Shown: positions 36,926-46,896, numbered from the stretch's first letter. The stretch: 64,000 bases of DNA from a virus (IMGVR_UViG_3300027763_000047:6308-70307); one strand, 5' to 3'. Notes: a model not told the origin generated them from the letters alone. Program-made: numbers and translations.

Positions 36926-37168
36926 ATGAGTGAACAGGAAGTAGTGGAACCATTTCGGTTAGCCATCATGGAGATCATGATGATTTTACATAAACATGGT
37001 ATTAGGGAAGTACACATAGGTGCTATGATGCGCCTAGTCGGCGTGGAAGAAGAAGATGCAAAAATCTGTGATGATGAGCGTATTATGTTAACCGAAGACT
37101 TTACCGAATATGTAAATCAAGTGTTGGCGTTATCATCTGTCAGCAGTGAAAATCAAACTTTACATTAA
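36926..37168 (+). CDS. small hypothetical protein
   Basis: 80 aa. Confidence 0.45.
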   Translation: MSEQEVVEPFRLAIMEIMMILHKHGIREVHIGAMMRLVGVEEEDAKICDDERIMLTEDFTEYVNQVLALSSVSSENQTLH

Positions 37169-37410
37169 TGTCCGTCCCAGTATTTAAGAATATCGAATCA
37201 GTATATATTGTTATCTTACGGACGCAGGACGCAAAAAGTCTACTTCAAAAATGGCTATCATCAAATCGTTACGCATCGGCTCGTGTTGATGACAATCGAC
37301 TGTATATAAACGATCATAATACTTACAATTTGTTCCTGGTCACATGGTCACATGGTTGGGATAACATCTTAGTATGGGATTGTTATATGAAGCGACACAT
37401 TTACATTTAA
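37168..37410 (+). CDS. small hypothetical protein
   Basis: 80 aa. Confidence 0.45.
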   Translation: MSVPVFKNIESVYIVILRTQDAKSLLQKWLSSNRYASARVDDNRLYINDHNTYNLFLVTWSHGWDNILVWDCYMKRHIYI

Positions 37411-37471
37411 CCAAAAAATTTGTAGTATATGTCGTATAGTGTATAATTAACAATACTATAAAGGAAATACT

Positions 37472-37660
37472 ATGTCAACACATGAACAAATCGTAGCAGC
37501 TTACGAAAACTACTTGGCTGAAAATGCTAAGTTCAGCGACAAAGGTGTTAAAGCCGCCGCCGCCCGTGCCAGAAAATCTCTACAGGAAATCGCCAAGGCT
37601 GTCAAAGTACGCCGTGCTGAGATCACCACAGAAAAAGAAGCACTGACTCCAGCGAAGTAA
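37472..37660 (+). CDS. small basic protein
   Basis: KAAAARARKSLQEIAKAVKVRRAEI. Confidence 0.4.
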   Translation: MSTHEQIVAAYENYLAENAKFSDKGVKAAAARARKSLQEIAKAVKVRRAEITTEKEALTPAK

Positions 37661-37851
37661 TGACTACGCACACACGTATCGTTATGGAAAACCCAGAAAA
37701 TCCAGAGGAATTAATTCTGGACCTGGGTGAAGAAATTTGTGGTCCCCTCGGTTGGAAAGAGGGTGACACAATAGTATGGACAGATATGGGAAATGGATCA
37801 TGGCAGCTAACAAAGCAACAAACGACCCTAACAACACCACAGCAACAGTAG
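37660..37851 (+). CDS. small hypothetical protein
   Basis: 63 aa. Confidence 0.4.
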   Translation: MTTHTRIVMENPENPEELILDLGEEICGPLGWKEGDTIVWTDMGNGSWQLTKQQTTLTTPQQQ

Positions 37852-38264
37852 CCCCCTCACTGACCTCTGTAATTAACGGCGGGTATGTTACCACCAGTAC
37901 CACTGGTCCGGTGTACTACACTGGTGGTGGCATTGTCGGCGGCGGCGGCTATGCCGGTGGTGCTGGATTTGGCGGTGGTAATACTGCTATAGGCATTGGG
38001 TCATGGTCCAGTCAGCCAGCACCAGCCACAATCACTGCCGGCACACTAGAGCTATCGGGCGATAAAGCTGATATTAAAATCAATGGTGTCAGTCTAAATG
38101 ACACTTTAACAGCTATACAAAAAAAATTAGATGTATTAACCGTCAATCCTAAATTAGAAAATGAATGGGACAAGCTCAAGGAATTGGGTGAACAATATCG
38201 CAAGCTGGAAGCCGAACTTGCAGAAAAATCTCGTATGTGGGCAGCTTTAAAAAAGACTGAGTGA
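37776..38264 (+). CDS. glycine-rich protein with C-terminal coiled coil
   Basis: GGGIVGGGGYAGGAGFGGG; start uncertain (overlaps previous ORF). Confidence 0.4.
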   Translation: MDRYGKWIMAANKATNDPNNTTATVAPSLTSVINGGYVTTSTTGPVYYTGGGIVGGGGYAGGAGFGGGNTAIGIGSWSSQPAPATITAGTLELSGDKADIKINGVSLNDTLTAIQKKLDVLTVNPKLENEWDKLKELGEQYRKLEAELAEKSRMWAALKKTE

Positions 38265-38830
38265 TGAAAATTAAATATTTTTCATTACTGGTCTTGTTGG
38301 GATTGGGCGGGTGTTTAACTACACCCGTTCTAGACTCTACACTAACATCGGTTGACTATGAATTAATGGATGCATTGATCTATGAAAGAACACCAACTCC
38401 ATTGGTTAAAACTCCACTATTTTCTCCCAAGGACATTGAATGTCTGGCCCGGAATATATATTACGAATCAGGAGCAGAGCCACTTGAAGGCAAAGTTGCT
38501 GTGGCTGTGGTAACCATCAATCGCTCGAAAGATGAGAGATTTGGTTCAAAAACGCTATGCGGCATTATATACACAAGAACAAATATAGGCAAGGGTGTGA
38601 TAGTTTGCCAGTTTAGCTGGACCTGTGGTACTAAAATTCCAATTAAAAAAGATAGTGAGCATTGGCGGTTATCCAAGGAAGTTGCTGAGAACATAGCTCG
38701 TGGCGATTACAGTGAGTACTCGTACAAATATCGAAAAGCCCTATTCTTTCACGCTGTATCAGTCAAGCCATCATGGGCTTATGTCAAGCGTGTAGTAGCC
38801 CGTATCGGCGGCCATGTATTTTATGAATAG
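38261..38830 (+). CDS. SleB-like cell-wall hydrolase (Hydrolase_2), lipoprotein
   Basis: lipobox LLGLGGC; ECLARNIYYESGAEPLEGKVAVAVVTINR...QFSW. Confidence 0.65.
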   Translation: MMKIKYFSLLVLLGLGGCLTTPVLDSTLTSVDYELMDALIYERTPTPLVKTPLFSPKDIECLARNIYYESGAEPLEGKVAVAVVTINRSKDERFGSKTLCGIIYTRTNIGKGVIVCQFSWTCGTKIPIKKDSEHWRLSKEVAENIARGDYSEYSYKYRKALFFHAVSVKPSWAYVKRVVARIGGHVFYE

Positions 38831-38831
38831 C

Positions 38832-38860
38832 TTGACAATTAAATCCGCTGTTACTATAAT
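38832..38860 (+). promoter_or_regulatory. perfect consensus sigma70 promoter
   Basis: ttgacaattaaatccgctgttactataat; ATG 38867 only about 6 nt after the -10. Confidence 0.65.
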
Positions 38861-38866
38861 AGCTTT

Positions 38867-39259
38867 ATGACAATGCATCTACTCCCCCCGCTGTATTCGA
38901 CCACAGGCAAAAAGAAAGGTCGCTATAAATTCGCATCTGCTGAGCAAAAACAGCAAGCTGAAGCTAATAAGGAAGAGTGGCAGCGTAAACTAAATGAATT
39001 TAATCGACTATCACCCTCTGTAAGGACGTCAAAGAGCCCTATGCCCACACTAAGCAAATCGCTACCCCGTATTCCCACCAGCCGTCAAACAGCTCACATT
39101 GAGTCCCTAGTAACCACCTGGGGTCCTTGCCTTAAGGTAGAAGATATGCAGTACACTGGCAACAAAATTAAGGGCATTGGCACAATGCATAAATCAAATG
39201 CGGTGCCGGTATTCAGTGACGAAGAAGCTGTTGAAATTTCACAAATGCGGAGAGGCTAA
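38867..39259 (+). CDS. hypothetical basic protein
   Basis: 130 aa. Confidence 0.45.
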   Translation: MTMHLLPPLYSTTGKKKGRYKFASAEQKQQAEANKEEWQRKLNEFNRLSPSVRTSKSPMPTLSKSLPRIPTSRQTAHIESLVTTWGPCLKVEDMQYTGNKIKGIGTMHKSNAVPVFSDEEAVEISQMRRG

Positions 39260-39260
39260 G

Positions 39261-39710
39261 ATGAGCGTAACAGATAATACAACCGATTTATTTACAACTT
39301 TATTTGATTTTGATTCGACCAGTGAGCTTTTGAAGACTAAACCAACTGCACCTCGCCCAACATGTGTAAATCATGGATGTAGTAAGCCAGTTGCATCGGA
39401 TGGTAAGCGTTGGCGTATTCATTGCGGACATTGCCAAGGTGCAAGTTACGGAAGAAACCCTCACGCAGCCGGAGTTACCCCATTAAAAACAGGTATTTGT
39501 TCAAATATTGATGGACATTTAGGATTTCCCTGTGTGATAGACTGGAAAAAAGTTCCAGAATTTGCTAAAGGCATGACTGAAATTGACCATATTGACGGCA
39601 ATCATTTGAATAATTCTATTAGCAACCTTAAAGAACTATGTCCCATTTGTCATAAACTTAAAGGACAACGAGCCGGCGATTTTAAACGCGGTAGATACAC
39701 ACATAAATAA
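39261..39710 (+). CDS. HNH endonuclease
   Basis: Cys-rich; IDHIDGNHLNN...LCPICH motif. Confidence 0.7.
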   Translation: MSVTDNTTDLFTTLFDFDSTSELLKTKPTAPRPTCVNHGCSKPVASDGKRWRIHCGHCQGASYGRNPHAAGVTPLKTGICSNIDGHLGFPCVIDWKKVPEFAKGMTEIDHIDGNHLNNSISNLKELCPICHKLKGQRAGDFKRGRYTHK

Positions 39711-39739
39711 CTGCTCATAACAGGAGATAATAAAACAAA

Positions 39740-39961
39740 TTGAGTAAATCAGATGATGTAATTAAAATGGAGGGTGTAATCACCGAAGTATTACGAAACA
39801 CGAATTATCGTGTTAAAATTGAAAACATTGAAAATCACATTCTCGCTACACTAAGCGGGAGAATACGCCAAAATAATATCAAAGTACTTACAGGCGACAG
39901 AGTACAGTTAGATATATCACCCTACGACCTATCTCGTGGTAGAATTACACGTAGGCTATGA
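39740..39961 (+). CDS. infA: translation initiation factor IF-1 homolog
   Basis: EGVITEVLRNTNYRVKIEN...LSGRIRQNNIKVLTGDRVQLDISPYDLSRGRI aligns with bacterial IF-1; TTG start. Confidence 0.85.
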   Translation: MSKSDDVIKMEGVITEVLRNTNYRVKIENIENHILATLSGRIRQNNIKVLTGDRVQLDISPYDLSRGRITRRL

Positions 39962-40521
39962 TTTTAATAAATACCTACATGAGAGATTTATTAAACTTAG
40001 TGGAAGCAGCAACCGTTTCAGCTAAACTGGAAACTACCCCACTACCCTACGCACATAAAGATCTGGCTCCCATAATGAGCGCAGACACAATAGAATACCA
40101 CTACGAGCACCTGGCTAAAGGCTACGCTAAAAAGTACAATGCCGGCGAAGGTGATGCCGATTTCAACCGTGCTGGCAGCTTCTTACACAACAAATTCTTT
40201 CCCCAATTGCAAGCACCAAAAGGTGCCAACCGTCCCAAGGGTGCGGTGCTAGAACTCATTGAAGCTAACTTCAAAACTTACGAAGATTTCAAGGTAGCGT
40301 TCAAAGAAGCTGCCATGAAGATTCAGGGATCGGGTTGGGTTTATCTCAGCACAGGTGGAACTATTAAAACCATACGAAATCATCAGGTTCGTACCGATAT
40401 TTGTGTACTGGTTGACTGGTGGGAACATTCATGGTCGACGGATTACAAGTGGGATAAAGAAAAGTATCTAGATAATATCTGGAAAATTATCAACTGGAAC
40501 GTATGTTCGGAGAGAATATGA
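39958..40521 (+). CDS. divergent Fe/Mn superoxide dismutase-like protein
   Basis: [37 protein letters not shown] resemble SOD N- and C-domain signatures. Confidence 0.65.
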   Translation: MILINTYMRDLLNLVEAATVSAKLETTPLPYAHKDLAPIMSADTIEYHYEHLAKGYAKKYNAGEGDADFNRAGSFLHNKFFPQLQAPKGANRPKGAVLELIEANFKTYEDFKVAFKEAAMKIQGSGWVYLSTGGTIKTIRNHQVRTDICVLVDWWEHSWSTDYKWDKEKYLDNIWKIINWNVCSERI

Positions 40522-40844
40522 TCACACTAACTGAAAACGCCGCGATTAAAATTAAAGATTTATTAGCAGAAGAAAACAATCCCAAGCTAAAACTTCGTGT
40601 ATTCGTTCAGGGCGGCGGATGCAGTGGAATGCAGACAGGCTTTACCATGGATGAAGAACAAGCTGACGATGACTGGGAGGTCGAAGTCAATGGCGTTCAT
40701 TTGTTAGTAGATAGTATGAGTAGTAATTATTTAAAAGGTTCAACCGTGGATTATCGCGATGATATCAATGGATCTGCCTTTGTTATCACTGGCATGGAAG
40801 CCACAACGACATGTGGCTGTGGTAGTAGTTTTTCACCATATTAA
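40518..40844 (+). CDS. Fe-S cluster insertion protein, ErpA/IscA/HesB family
   Basis: [14 protein letters not shown]...CGCGSSF conserved cysteines. Confidence 0.8.
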   Translation: MITLTENAAIKIKDLLAEENNPKLKLRVFVQGGGCSGMQTGFTMDEEQADDDWEVEVNGVHLLVDSMSSNYLKGSTVDYRDDINGSAFVITGMEATTTCGCGSSFSPY

Positions 40845-40901
40845 GCCCCGAATGACATAGACATTACTTTAGCTAAATAATAAGAGCTAAAGAGGACGGA
40901 T

Positions 40902-42323
40902 ATGTCGCAACAAATTATTAATGTAGGTACGGCGCCCAACGATGGTTTGGGAACTCCAATACGTACTGCTTTTCAGTACACAAATAATAACTTCACGCAA
41001 CTGTTTTCGTTGCCGAATCCTACACCCCCAACTACCCTAGTGGGCAAAGCGGGCGATGTCCCGGGTATGTATGCATACAGCGCGGCATATTTTTACTACT
41101 GTTTTGGAACTTATGATGGTTCCACTGTTATTTGGGCACAGATTGCCCAGGGTAATACCTCAATCTCAAATATCGTTAATGGCACTAGTAATGTAAGAAT
41201 CGGTAGTGCCAATGCCAATGTAACCGTGGGAGTAAACGGTACAGCAAATATTGCAGTTTTCAGTAATACTGGAGTATCAGTAACTGGTAATATTAGAACC
41301 TCTGGACAAATAACAGCCACTGGTAATGTATATGGTAATGCCATTGTCGGCACTTACTTGTACGGAGATGGCAGCAATATTAGTAACATATCAGGTGGCG
41401 GGAATTACAGTAATACCAATGCAGCAGCATATCTACAGGTACTAACTTCAAATGTATCAACAACTGGCAACATAACCGGAAGTTATATTTTAGGCAATGG
41501 TAGAAATTTAACTGGATTACCGTTAACCTATGGCAATGCTAACGTTGCTAACTTTTTACCAGTATTTACTGGTAACATATTATCAAGTAATATGACCGCT
41601 ACTGGAAACGTGCATGCCGGAAATATTAAAACGGTGGGAATAGTTTCAGCAACAGGAAACATCACTACTGACGGATATTTTATTGGCAATTTCGTTGGGA
41701 ACATATCAGGTAACTTAGTAGTGCCTGGATCGAATACTCAAGTACTTTATAATGATAATGGAAATGCTGGAGCAAGCGCCGGGTTAATATTTAACTCTGC
41801 ATCAAACATTTTATCAGTAACGGGAAATGTGTATGGCAATTATTTTCTTGGTAACGGTAGTCAATTAACAGGGTTACCAGTTACGTATGGCAATGCCAAT
41901 GTGGCTGCTTATCTACCAACTTATACCGGCAACATAACAGCAGGTAATATCAGTACCACTGGAAATATAACAGCTAGCTATATTTTAGGTAATGGTAGTC
42001 AATTAACTGGCATCGCCGCCACCGGCATAAATGCAAACGCACTAACTGGATCTACCTTATCAAGCAATGTTACTACCAGCAGCTTGACTTCTGTTGGTAC
42101 TTTGGCAAATTTAAGTGTAACCGGCAATGTAGTGGCATCTGGGGTAGTGACTTCTACCGGCACATTTAGATTGCCTAGTTATACTACCGCACAAATTGCC
42201 AACATATCAGCGGTAGAAGGAGATATGGTTTATAATTCAACTGTACAACAAATACAAGCATATCAAGCAAATGCCACAGGTAACGTAACATGGGTAAGTT
42301 TAAGTGTGTCTACTTACCAGTAA
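40902..42323 (+). CDS. tail fiber protein
   Basis: N-term MSQQIINVGTAPNDGLGTPIRTAFQYTNNNFTQLF; ILGNGSQLTG modules shared with the giant fiber. Confidence 0.8.
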   Translation: MSQQIINVGTAPNDGLGTPIRTAFQYTNNNFTQLFSLPNPTPPTTLVGKAGDVPGMYAYSAAYFYYCFGTYDGSTVIWAQIAQGNTSISNIVNGTSNVRIGSANANVTVGVNGTANIAVFSNTGVSVTGNIRTSGQITATGNVYGNAIVGTYLYGDGSNISNISGGGNYSNTNAAAYLQVLTSNVSTTGNITGSYILGNGRNLTGLPLTYGNANVANFLPVFTGNILSSNMTATGNVHAGNIKTVGIVSATGNITTDGYFIGNFVGNISGNLVVPGSNTQVLYNDNGNAGASAGLIFNSASNILSVTGNVYGNYFLGNGSQLTGLPVTYGNANVAAYLPTYTGNITAGNISTTGNITASYILGNGSQLTGIAATGINANALTGSTLSSNVTTSSLTSVGTLANLSVTGNVVASGVVTSTGTFRLPSYTTAQIANISAVEGDMVYNSTVQQIQAYQANATGNVTWVSLSVSTYQ

Positions 42324-42334
42324 TGGAGTAACTT

Positions 42335-45076
42335 ATGACAGCACAGCCTATTTGGATTACTCCCCCTGGTAGTTTAGGTACTGTACCAGAAGGTGCTTAC
42401 TACGAAGTACCACTGCGTGTTACCGATACGTTTACCACTGACCTCATAGGTATCGTGGGTAGTGGATCTTCAGTCACAGCTACATTTTATACTCAGACAG
42501 TATCCATGTTCCAACCTGGTGATACTGTTGTGGTCACTGGAGTTAACCCGTCATCTTATAACGGTAGCTTTATAGTAACCAAATGTACCACTACACAAAT
42601 TACATATACGAGTTCGGCTACCGGTACTTGGATCGGTGGCGGTACTATCACTTCCGTGCCATCGACTGTATATTTTGAATCTATTGCTGGCGCATTACCC
42701 GATGGTATTGAATGCACGACATCTGGCGTACTACAGGGTACTCCTACCAATGTGGTTACAGTGGCAGATGAAGCATTGGTAGTGGGAGTCAATGTTACCA
42801 GTAAATTTGCTATTAGGGCCTATACAACCAAAACAGTTGGTGGCATTACTGTCATTAATAGATTAGCCGATAGAACATTTACTATAACGGTCGCTGGGCA
42901 AAATCTACCCAGTTGGATCACACCTGCGGGCGAACTTAGTCAGCTATGGGTAGGTGAATTGTTGTCCCCAGGTATACAATTAGATTATACTACTGATAAT
43001 ACAACTGGAATTCCGCCGGCTATCAGCTTGTATTCGGGGAGTTTGCCCCCGGGAATTACAGTTAGTGATACTGGCTTAATTTCTGGATTTGTTGGCTTAA
43101 ATCCAACAACATCTGCTCAACCTGGATTCAGTGTTAACGGTCAAGGATTTAGTACATACCCATTTGATTTTGATATAGAAGCACAAAATTCCACATATAC
43201 ATTTACACTACAGGTTACTGATGGTCGAATATCTGCATTACGAGAATTTAGCCTATTCGTATGGAGTACTGAGGCATTTACTGCTGACACTACCTTGATC
43301 ACAGCTGATAACACCTATCTAACAGCCAGCATATCCAGTGTTAATACCCCAGTGATAACAAACCCTCAGGGATCTATTGGCACCACATACAGCAATACAT
43401 ATTTTGCTTACCAATTTGTGGGGAAGAATATTACCGGAGACACTATAGGGTATACTGGTGCTTCGTTACCCACAGGGTTAACACTTAATTCAACAACTGG
43501 ATGGTTAACCGGATACTTACCTACAATTGGGCTATTCGAATCTACTTTTGATTTTACAGTAACCGCATACCTAACCAACTCGCCATCAGTGACTAGTGAT
43601 CCATATGATTTTAGCCTGACAGTTGAAGGACCTATATTCTCCAATGTGACCTGGCTCACACCCTCCAACTTGGGCACCATTGCCAATGGGTCCACCAGTA
43701 TATTTTATGTTGAGGCGACCAATACTACTAACACAAATTTACAGTATCAATTAGTATCAGGATCAGATTCAAAATTACCGCAGGGATTAACTCTATTGCC
43801 ATCAGGTAATATTGCTGGGCGTGTAAGTTTTAATGCATACCCCACCCCCGCTCAGTATGGTAGCACAGTATACACCTTTACAGTAAACGCTTACAGTACT
43901 AATGGATTTATCAGTGTTAATAAAACGTTCTCCATCACGGTGGAGCGTGTCTACGAGACACCTTATCAAAACTTGTATATCCAATGTATGCCGCCGGTTG
44001 ATGATCGAGAATTGATTGCTAGTTTACTGCAAAATTCTACTATCTTTACTCCGTCACTACTATATCGTCCCGATGATACTAACTTTGGATTGAGTCGCAA
44101 TGTCGTGTATCATCATGCATATGGATTAAATGCTGCCAGCGTGGATACCTATGTATCCTCACTTCAACTTAACCACTACTGGAAGAATTTACTCTTGGGA
44201 GAAATTAAAACAGCACAAGCTGTCGACCCTTTAACAGGTAATGTAGTGTACGAAGTAGTATATTCGGAAATCATAGATAGCTTAGTCAACAATGACAATC
44301 TAAGTGTTGGCAAAGAAGTGGTGCTGGCCTATCCAATAGAAGAGCAAACAATTGATGTAGTGTACCCTAATTCGCTTGATAACATGAGAGATCAGGTAAT
44401 TGACGTAGTGGGACAGGAGAGTGACCTGTTACCGTTATGGATGCAGAGTTCCCAAGCAGATGGTAAAGTTTTAGGGTTTATCCCAGCATGGGTAATTGCA
44501 TATACAATACCAGGGGCGTCGGGGCAGATACAATACAATATACAGACACAGTTTGGAATCCAATTAAATCTAGTGGATTTTGTAGCCGATCGGTATGAGC
44601 TTGATAACGCTCTTACAGTTAACTGGGATGGCAACACACAAAGTTGGGTACCAAGCCCACCGGAGACGACATCATTTGACATCAATTACCACTATAATGT
44701 CACTATAGGCACAGCAGGCAATGTATACCTAGCGGGTGATCAAATTAAGATCTTAGGCTCGTCACTGGGCGGGGTAACTCCTGCTAATGATTTACTCATA
44801 ACGGTCAATACTGTAAATACCAATGGTGCCATCCTTGATGCATTCTATTATGGTACTGCCAATAGCGCAGCGGCTGGTAATTCCTATGATAACTTAGCCG
44901 GGGTAAATGTAGTTGGTCCAGGCACTGGGGCCACTTGGGATATTACTGTAGTACCAGGAGTCGAAACTGTATTTGACGGGGGAAGCGTTACCTTTATTGC
45001 TCCAGCAGATACAGATACCAGCTCCACTGCTAACGACAAATACTTGTTGTATCCCAAATACAATATATTAGTTTAA
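42335..45076 (+). CDS. tail fiber/structural protein (913 aa)
   Basis: Ser/Thr/Gly/Asn-rich beta-rich composition; directly downstream of fiber gene. Confidence 0.55.
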   Translation: MTAQPIWITPPGSLGTVPEGAYYEVPLRVTDTFTTDLIGIVGSGSSVTATFYTQTVSMFQPGDTVVVTGVNPSSYNGSFIVTKCTTTQITYTSSATGTWIGGGTITSVPSTVYFESIAGALPDGIECTTSGVLQGTPTNVVTVADEALVVGVNVTSKFAIRAYTTKTVGGITVINRLADRTFTITVAGQNLPSWITPAGELSQLWVGELLSPGIQLDYTTDNTTGIPPAISLYSGSLPPGITVSDTGLISGFVGLNPTTSAQPGFSVNGQGFSTYPFDFDIEAQNSTYTFTLQVTDGRISALREFSLFVWSTEAFTADTTLITADNTYLTASISSVNTPVITNPQGSIGTTYSNTYFAYQFVGKNITGDTIGYTGASLPTGLTLNSTTGWLTGYLPTIGLFESTFDFTVTAYLTNSPSVTSDPYDFSLTVEGPIFSNVTWLTPSNLGTIANGSTSIFYVEATNTTNTNLQYQLVSGSDSKLPQGLTLLPSGNIAGRVSFNAYPTPAQYGSTVYTFTVNAYSTNGFISVNKTFSITVERVYETPYQNLYIQCMPPVDDRELIASLLQNSTIFTPSLLYRPDDTNFGLSRNVVYHHAYGLNAASVDTYVSSLQLNHYWKNLLLGEIKTAQAVDPLTGNVVYEVVYSEIIDSLVNNDNLSVGKEVVLAYPIEEQTIDVVYPNSLDNMRDQVIDVVGQESDLLPLWMQSSQADGKVLGFIPAWVIAYTIPGASGQIQYNIQTQFGIQLNLVDFVADRYELDNALTVNWDGNTQSWVPSPPETTSFDINYHYNVTIGTAGNVYLAGDQIKILGSSLGGVTPANDLLITVNTVNTNGAILDAFYYGTANSAAAGNSYDNLAGVNVVGPGTGATWDITVVPGVETVFDGGSVTFIAPADTDTSSTANDKYLLYPKYNILV

Positions 45077-45121
45077 CAATCAAATACGCTAAATAATAGA
45101 AACAATTAAGGAATACAGAAC

Positions 45122-46024
45122 ATGACCAGTGCAATAAATCCAAACAACATCAATGGCGCTTACCCAGTAGCGGGCCAAGATAATAATTCACAGGGGTTTC
45201 GTACTAATTTTACAAATACTTCGACCAACTTCCAGTATGCAGCACAAGAAATCACAGACTTACAGGGCAAAGTCGTGGTAAATGCACAGTTATCTGGCGG
45301 CGCGAACTTGTCAGTTCAAAACAACATGTTAAACTCTCCACTAACCAATGCGTTGGTAGCTGATTTTGCCTACACCACCGTTGGCCTTGGTAGTGTAAGC
45401 GGATCGTTTACTGTAAATTATGCAGTGGGTCATTATCAAACAGCCACACTAGCTGGCAGTGCAAGTGTAGCATTTACCAACTGGCCTATCTCCGGACAGA
45501 CAGGTGTGGTAACTTTGCAGGTTACCGTACCAAATACAGCATATACCCTGACACTACCCACGGCAGTCAGTCAAAATATTAACGGGATACAGGGTCTTGT
45601 GTATCCAGCAGGTGCTAGCCCAGTGATTCAATTTGCCGCGACCGGAGTTTATACTTTTGTATTCTCTACTAGCACAAATGGATCTACTATTATCATTAAT
45701 CAAAACAATGAAATACTGACCCCACTAAACAGCTCTAAAGAATCTGTAACAAGTGCCGCTGCTGCTAGCCTAGCAACAACTACCTCATTCTTTACCACAG
45801 CAGGAACCGCCACGCTGGCCAACGGAGTCGAGGGTCAGATCAAAGTGTTCACGCAAACTGCATCAGCCTCCATGGTTATTACGGTGGCCAGTGCCGGTTG
45901 GAACTCAGCAACATCGGGAACTTCTGGTACTATTACGCTGGCAGCTAGAGGTGCTGGATGCACCCTACAGTATACCAATTCGGTTTGGTACTGTATTGGT
46001 AATAACGGCGCTACGTTTGGTTAA
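45122..46024 (+). CDS. structural (fiber-like) protein
   Basis: Ser/Thr/Ala-rich 300 aa; CTAAATAATA late-promoter-like motif upstream. Confidence 0.5.
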   Translation: MTSAINPNNINGAYPVAGQDNNSQGFRTNFTNTSTNFQYAAQEITDLQGKVVVNAQLSGGANLSVQNNMLNSPLTNALVADFAYTTVGLGSVSGSFTVNYAVGHYQTATLAGSASVAFTNWPISGQTGVVTLQVTVPNTAYTLTLPTAVSQNINGIQGLVYPAGASPVIQFAATGVYTFVFSTSTNGSTIIINQNNEILTPLNSSKESVTSAAAASLATTTSFFTTAGTATLANGVEGQIKVFTQTASASMVITVASAGWNSATSGTSGTITLAARGAGCTLQYTNSVWYCIGNNGATFG

Positions 46025-46069
46025 TCAAAACTGTTGATTTACTACCGTCATTCCTGTACAATTTAATGT

Positions 46070-46294
46070 ATGGAACATCCACTTATCCCCAGCATCGATA
46101 ACCTTACCACTGAAGAACTATTGGATAAGGTTAACGAACTAAACAAAAAACTTGGCATAGCGCATCGTTTGGGTAATTACCATTTATGCACCCAAATTCG
46201 CATGGCCATAGAAACTTACCAAAACAAATATACAGACAAACTACGTGCTAGTCAGTCTGGTAAAGACACCGATGGAATCATTGATATATCATGA
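46070..46294 (+). CDS. small hypothetical protein
   Basis: 74 aa. Confidence 0.45.
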   Translation: MEHPLIPSIDNLTTEELLDKVNELNKKLGIAHRLGNYHLCTQIRMAIETYQNKYTDKLRASQSGKDTDGIIDIS

Positions 46295-46896
46295 ACGTTA
46301 GAATAGTTTGCCCCTTGAGTTTTATCGCCGGTATACACTATAACGGTGAATTACAAATGAATAGTTATACTGTTAAGTTATTCATTTTAACCAATAGTTT
46401 AGATGGAACTATCAATAACATTGCACTTGATAGAATAAAATACTTTGTCTATCGAGAAATGGATAGTACTATTTTTATCAACAGCAAAGAAGAAGATCAG
46501 TGTCGATTATATCTTGACGCTAACATCAAAATTACCACCATACCCGAAGAACCTATTGATCAACTGGTGGGTATAATGCTGTTTAATAAACTGACTGCCA
46601 TTGTTGAAGATAGACTTATTATTGATGAAATAGAAATAAGTTCTGGTCTTGGCGACGGTATAATTTACATGCATAGTCAAGAAGAAAATGTAGATGATTT
46701 ACCCATACCCGATTGGTGGGCAACTTCTGACCTAGCACATTGTGATGCTAAATTCCTTGACGCTGATGAATATATTACTCTAGCCAATGTAACTATATGG
46801 CGAGATTTAGAGTTGCAATGGCCCGACGAAGCTGAACCCGAAGTTGGAAATACTGTTGTATTTGCGGATTTTAAATTACTAGATGAAAAAGAATAA
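46291..46896 (+). CDS. hypothetical protein
   Basis: 201 aa. Confidence 0.5.
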   Translation: MNVRIVCPLSFIAGIHYNGELQMNSYTVKLFILTNSLDGTINNIALDRIKYFVYREMDSTIFINSKEEDQCRLYLDANIKITTIPEEPIDQLVGIMLFNKLTAIVEDRLIIDEIEISSGLGDGIIYMHSQEENVDDLPIPDWWATSDLAHCDAKFLDADEYITLANVTIWRDLELQWPDEAEPEVGNTVVFADFKLLDEKE

